Source of the DNA: an uncultured Desulfobacterales bacterium
GTDB taxonomy: Bacteria > Desulfobacterota > Desulfobacteria > Desulfobacterales > CAJINA01
Assembly (NCBI GenBank): GCA_964647585.1
Contig: CAZYGG010000001.1
Location: 99,373-163,372 of the forward strand
Length of the DNA: 64,000 nucleotides
Reading direction: 5' to 3'
In this document: one piece after another, positions 60,734 through 64,000 of the stretch
Layout of the letters: every line of letters starts with the position of its first letter
Position numbering within the stretch: the first letter of the stretch is position 1
Position numbers and translations under genes: made by a program
The notes under the pieces: generated by a model
What the model was told of the DNA's origin: nothing
Seen by the model: only the letters and a program-made list of their open reading frames with translations
The model's database searches: none

Positions 60734-61943
60734 TCTTTACTATTTTCGAAAAGACTGCCGACTATGTAACCGCACCAATATGGAACTTGTGCTGCCTCTG
60801 ACTCCGACTGCTCTCTGTGACGCCTATTTAAAAGAACCGCAGGACCAGGCAGTTTTCCCCCTGGATCTATATTTATGCAAAGATTGCGGTCACATCCAGA
60901 TTGACTGTGTCATTGATCCTGAATACATCTACCGGGACTATCTTTACGTGACCACCAGTTCTTCCGGATTGGATAATCATTTCCATGAGTATGCCGGGGA
61001 TGTCGTAAACCTGTTCAAGCTGAAGCAAGGGAGCCTTGTTGTTGATATCGGCAGTAACGAAGGCGCCCTGCTGAAGCATTTTCAAACAATCGATATGCGG
61101 GTCGTCGGCGTTGAACCAGCAGCCGACATTGCCGAAGCTGCTACCTTATCCGGGATACCAACCTATCCCAGTTTTTTTAATGCCGCGATGGCGGAAACGA
61201 TTGTGAATGAACACGGCCGGGCGGATATGGTAACGATCAACAATTTGTTTGCGAACATTGATGATCTGGGCACCTTTGCACAGGCCCTGACAGGTCTGCT
61301 CGCGCCAGAAGGAATCCTGGTGATCGAGGCTGCCTACCTGCCGGATATGTTAAACAACATGGTCTTTGATTTCATTTATCATGAGCATCTTTCCTGCTTT
61401 TCAATTGCTCCCTTGAAAAAGTTTTTTAATGCTTATGGATTAAAATTGATTAACCTCCAGCACATCGAGAATAAAGGCGGATCCATGCGATATTATTTTG
61501 CGCGAAGATCCTCCGGGCATATAGAAAGTCCCGCGATCGACACCTTTCTCAAAAAAGAACAGGACGATCAAGTTCATCAGAAAAATGCTTTTGAAAAGTT
61601 TGCGGCCCGGATTGATAACTGCAGGCAAACCCTTCGGGATTGTTTGAGTAAAAAAAGCAACGCCACCATTGTAGGGTATGGTGCTTCAGCCACTTCAACG
61701 ACGTTAATTTATCACTTCGGCTTGCAAGATTACCTGACCTTCTTGGTAGATGACAATCCCGCTAAGATTGGAACCTACAGTCCGGGACTGCATATTCCGG
61801 TTAAGGATGCAAGTGAACTAAATACCCTAAAACCTGATTACATTGTAGTGCTGGCCTGGAGATTCGCAGATCAGATCATAAAAAAGCACCCGCATTTTAA
61901 AGGGCGCTTCATTATCCCATTACCCGAACTAAAAAGCAGATAA
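60726..61943 (+). CDS. Second SAM-dependent C-methyltransferase, paralogue of 58983-60191
   Basis: CRLCNRT...CKDCGH, VVDIGSNEGALL. ATG 60726 overlaps the WbuC stop by 8 nt. Confidence 0.7.
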   Translation: MSDLYYFRKDCRLCNRTNMELVLPLTPTALCDAYLKEPQDQAVFPLDLYLCKDCGHIQIDCVIDPEYIYRDYLYVTTSSSGLDNHFHEYAGDVVNLFKLKQGSLVVDIGSNEGALLKHFQTIDMRVVGVEPAADIAEAATLSGIPTYPSFFNAAMAETIVNEHGRADMVTINNLFANIDDLGTFAQALTGLLAPEGILVIEAAYLPDMLNNMVFDFIYHEHLSCFSIAPLKKFFNAYGLKLINLQHIENKGGSMRYYFARRSSGHIESPAIDTFLKKEQDDQVHQKNAFEKFAARIDNCRQTLRDCLSKKSNATIVGYGASATSTTLIYHFGLQDYLTFLVDDNPAKIGTYSPGLHIPVKDASELNTLKPDYIVVLAWRFADQIIKKHPHFKGRFIIPLPELKSR

Positions 61944-61947
61944 TACA

Positions 61948-62691
61948 ATGATGCAAAAAACAAGTGTCGTCGTTGGGGGTTCAAAAGGTATCGGTTCGGT
62001 TATCAGCGAGATTCTAAACAAAAGAGGTGATCGGACATTTAGTTTATCAAGGAAAAATGACAATGCTTTTCCGCGGCACATTCCGATAGACTTAACGGTT
62101 GAAAAAGCGGTTATTCAAGCTCTGCAATTACTATCTGAAAAAGTAGCGAAGGTAGATTACCTGGTTTTTTCCCAAAAATTCCGGGGCCCAAATTACAACT
62201 GGAAAAGTGAACTTGATTTGACGCTCCATGCTACAAACCAGATTATAAATCTTATCAGAAACAAACTGTCAACCAGTGCTTCAATTGTCGTTATCGGTTC
62301 ACCGGCAGGAAAATTTGTAATCAATGAACAGCCTGTTGAGTATCATGTAAGCAAAGCTGCCATTGAACAACTGACCCGGTATTACGCAGTGAAGCTCGGT
62401 TCAATAGGTGTTCGGGTAAATTGCCTGCTGCCGGGAACAATCATTAAACCCGCTAATAAAAAATATTATTCCGGTAACTCGGCGAATAGAGACCTGCTGG
62501 AAAAAATTATTCCCCTGCAGAAAATGGGCAATGCCGAAGATGTTGCCGAACTGACAAGTTTTCTGTGTAGCGACAAAGCGTCTTATATAACCGGTCAATC
62601 GATTTTCGTTGATGGCGGTCTATCCATAGTGGGGCAGGAAACCATCGCAAAGATCGTAAGTGATTCTGCCAATAGCAACCCGGAAAAGTAG
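61948..62691 (+). CDS. Short-chain dehydrogenase/reductase (classical SDR)
   Basis: VVVGGSKGIGSVI, YHVSKAAIEQL, PGTI. Confidence 0.8.
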   Translation: MMQKTSVVVGGSKGIGSVISEILNKRGDRTFSLSRKNDNAFPRHIPIDLTVEKAVIQALQLLSEKVAKVDYLVFSQKFRGPNYNWKSELDLTLHATNQIINLIRNKLSTSASIVVIGSPAGKFVINEQPVEYHVSKAAIEQLTRYYAVKLGSIGVRVNCLLPGTIIKPANKKYYSGNSANRDLLEKIIPLQKMGNAEDVAELTSFLCSDKASYITGQSIFVDGGLSIVGQETIAKIVSDSANSNPEK

Positions 62692-62710
62692 TACCTACCA
62701 AACTTCCCGC

Positions 62711-64000
62711 ATGGCCCGAAAACATACAAACGTCGCTTCATTGACGACCATATATGCATTTGGAGGTGTCCTCGCACAACTCCTTCCCTTTGCCCTGCTG
62801 CCTGTTTATACAGCCTATCTTTTGCCAATGGACTACGGCGCATTAGCGCTGCTTGCATTGACAGTAAGGTTGATAACACGGGTTGCTTCATCGCCAATAA
62901 ACCAGGGCCTTAATCGTTTTTACTATAAACCCGATTACGCAAAGAAGCGGGAGGAATTATTTTCAGCATTACTTGTAATTTTAGTTCTTAAAACACTTAT
63001 ACTGGCGTTACTTTACTGGCTTTTATCAAATTGGTTATGCACTCTATTGCTGGGCGAGTCTTCTTGGGTACCCATTGTCAGGCTATATGGATTTACAATT
63101 ATACTTATTCCTATTGAAGATTACATCATTACATTTTTGCGGCTTCGCAAAATGGCCTCTTATTGCGTATTTCTTAATTTTCTAAAAGCCATTGTTTATG
63201 CAGCTATTTCTGTTGGATTACTTGTCCGGTTTAACCTCGGTGTCATGGCGGTAGCATGGGGAGCAATCGCAGGAAGTCTTACATTGATCATTGTGGCGTT
63301 ACCGGCCATTTTGCGACACATGACCTGGATCTTCCGACCGGGAATTGCGGCATCCCCTTTAAAATATGGTTATCCATTGATCATTACTGGATACGCCGGA
63401 TTACTAATGCAGTCCGGCGACCGTTATATACTGAGAATGTTAGGCAGTTTGAGTGATGTGGGCATATATTCTTTTGGTTATCAGTTCTCGGGAGCTTTCA
63501 ACAATGTGTATGTCATGCCTGTCCATAATGCCGCTTCCCCAAAGGCTTTCCAACTAGAAAGCGAACCCGTTAAACAGAGGCAATATCTGCGTTCTGCGGC
63601 CACGCTGTATTATGCACTGGGATTAATGCTCGTCCTTTTTGCATCACTTTTCGCCAAAGATTTAATAAAAGTTCTTGTTCAGAATTCGGCCTTCTGGCCG
63701 GCCTGGGTAATTGTTCCAATTATCACCTTGTCATACCTGCAGGAAGGCCTGGGTAACTTTTTTGTCTGGGGTATGCGGATGGATCAACAAACATTCAATA
63801 TCAGTAAAATTGCCGTTTATTGTGGCTTGTTGAACATCTTTGTAAACATTCTGCTTATCCCTTTCTGGGGAATATTAGGAGCGGCAATTGCCACCCTTGT
63901 GGCCTATGTCGTTTCAAATATGTTGCAGCTCTACAAGTCATCCAAGGCATACTCTTTACATTTTGATATAAAACGAATTCTGACTTTATTATCTTTTGCG
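62711..64000 (+). CDS. Wzx-like polysaccharide flippase (PST/MOP family), 3' end beyond the window
   Basis: ATG at 62711. I translated 62711-62960 and 63242-64000 by hand and both stretches are open and multi-TM-rich (LAQLLPFALLPVYTAYLLPMDYG..., GYPLIITGYAGLLMQSGDRYIL...). The ORF is absent from the track because no stop is reached. Confidence 0.7.
   Translation, partial: MARKHTNVASLTTIYAFGGVLAQLLPFALLPVYTAYLLPMDYGALALLALTVRLITRVASSPINQGLNRFYYKPDYAKKREELFSALLVILVLKTLILALLYWLLSNWLCTLLLGESSWVPIVRLYGFTIILIPIEDYIITFLRLRKMASYCVFLNFLKAIVYAAISVGLLVRFNLGVMAVAWGAIAGSLTLIIVALPAILRHMTWIFRPGIAASPLKYGYPLIITGYAGLLMQSGDRYILRMLGSLSDVGIYSFGYQFSGAFNNVYVMPVHNAASPKAFQLESEPVKQRQYLRSAATLYYALGLMLVLFASLFAKDLIKVLVQNSAFWPAWVIVPIITLSYLQEGLGNFFVWGMRMDQQTFNISKIAVYCGLLNIFVNILLIPFWGILGAAIATLVAYVVSNMLQLYKSSKAYSLHFDIKRILTLLSFA

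Overview
The window is a 64-kb chromosomal segment. Gene content suggests a Gram-negative anaerobe of the deltaproteobacterial/Desulfobacterota type, but that is only a guess. It has three blocks.

(1) 1-22.5 kb is a type IV pilus locus. A plus-strand set carries a minor pilin, a 1029-aa PilX_N-anchored lectin/beta-propeller protein and a TMTC-like GT-C/TPR membrane protein. A converging minus-strand set has MSHA-type gene order: fused PilM-PilN, PilO-like, PilP-like, secretin, ExeA/MshM-like ATPase, MshE/PilB ATPase, PilC, a membrane-anchored sigma-54 activator, and a pilin with a good sigma-54 promoter. A divergent hybrid histidine kinase / HD-GYP response regulator / CheY-like module sits next to it.

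(2) 22.7-48.5 kb is mostly housekeeping: rsmG, an EF-G paralogue, tRNA-Leu(CAG), ribF, def-fmt-rsmB, a kinase-less PASTA protein, rpe, aroQ, a LolCDE-like ABC unit with a LolA-like protein and an outer-membrane barrel, a DAHP synthase/chorismate mutase with an apparent frameshift, and a CmoA-like methyltransferase.

(3) 48.8-64 kb is a visibly more AT-rich glycan-biosynthesis locus. It encodes a nucleotidyltransferase, SDR enzymes, a split transketolase, a HAD-like protein, an APH-type kinase, methyltransferases, a reversed-order HldE-like enzyme, twin C-methyltransferases flanking WbuC, and a Wzx-like flippase that runs off the window.

I found no rRNA, CRISPR array, transposase or integrase. 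The most striking non-coding signal is that most intergenic spacers hold hairpin-forming elements whose arms are degenerate tandem repeats of short words. They fall into several families with multiple copies. All functional calls rest on motif recognition by eye. No database search or folding was run.
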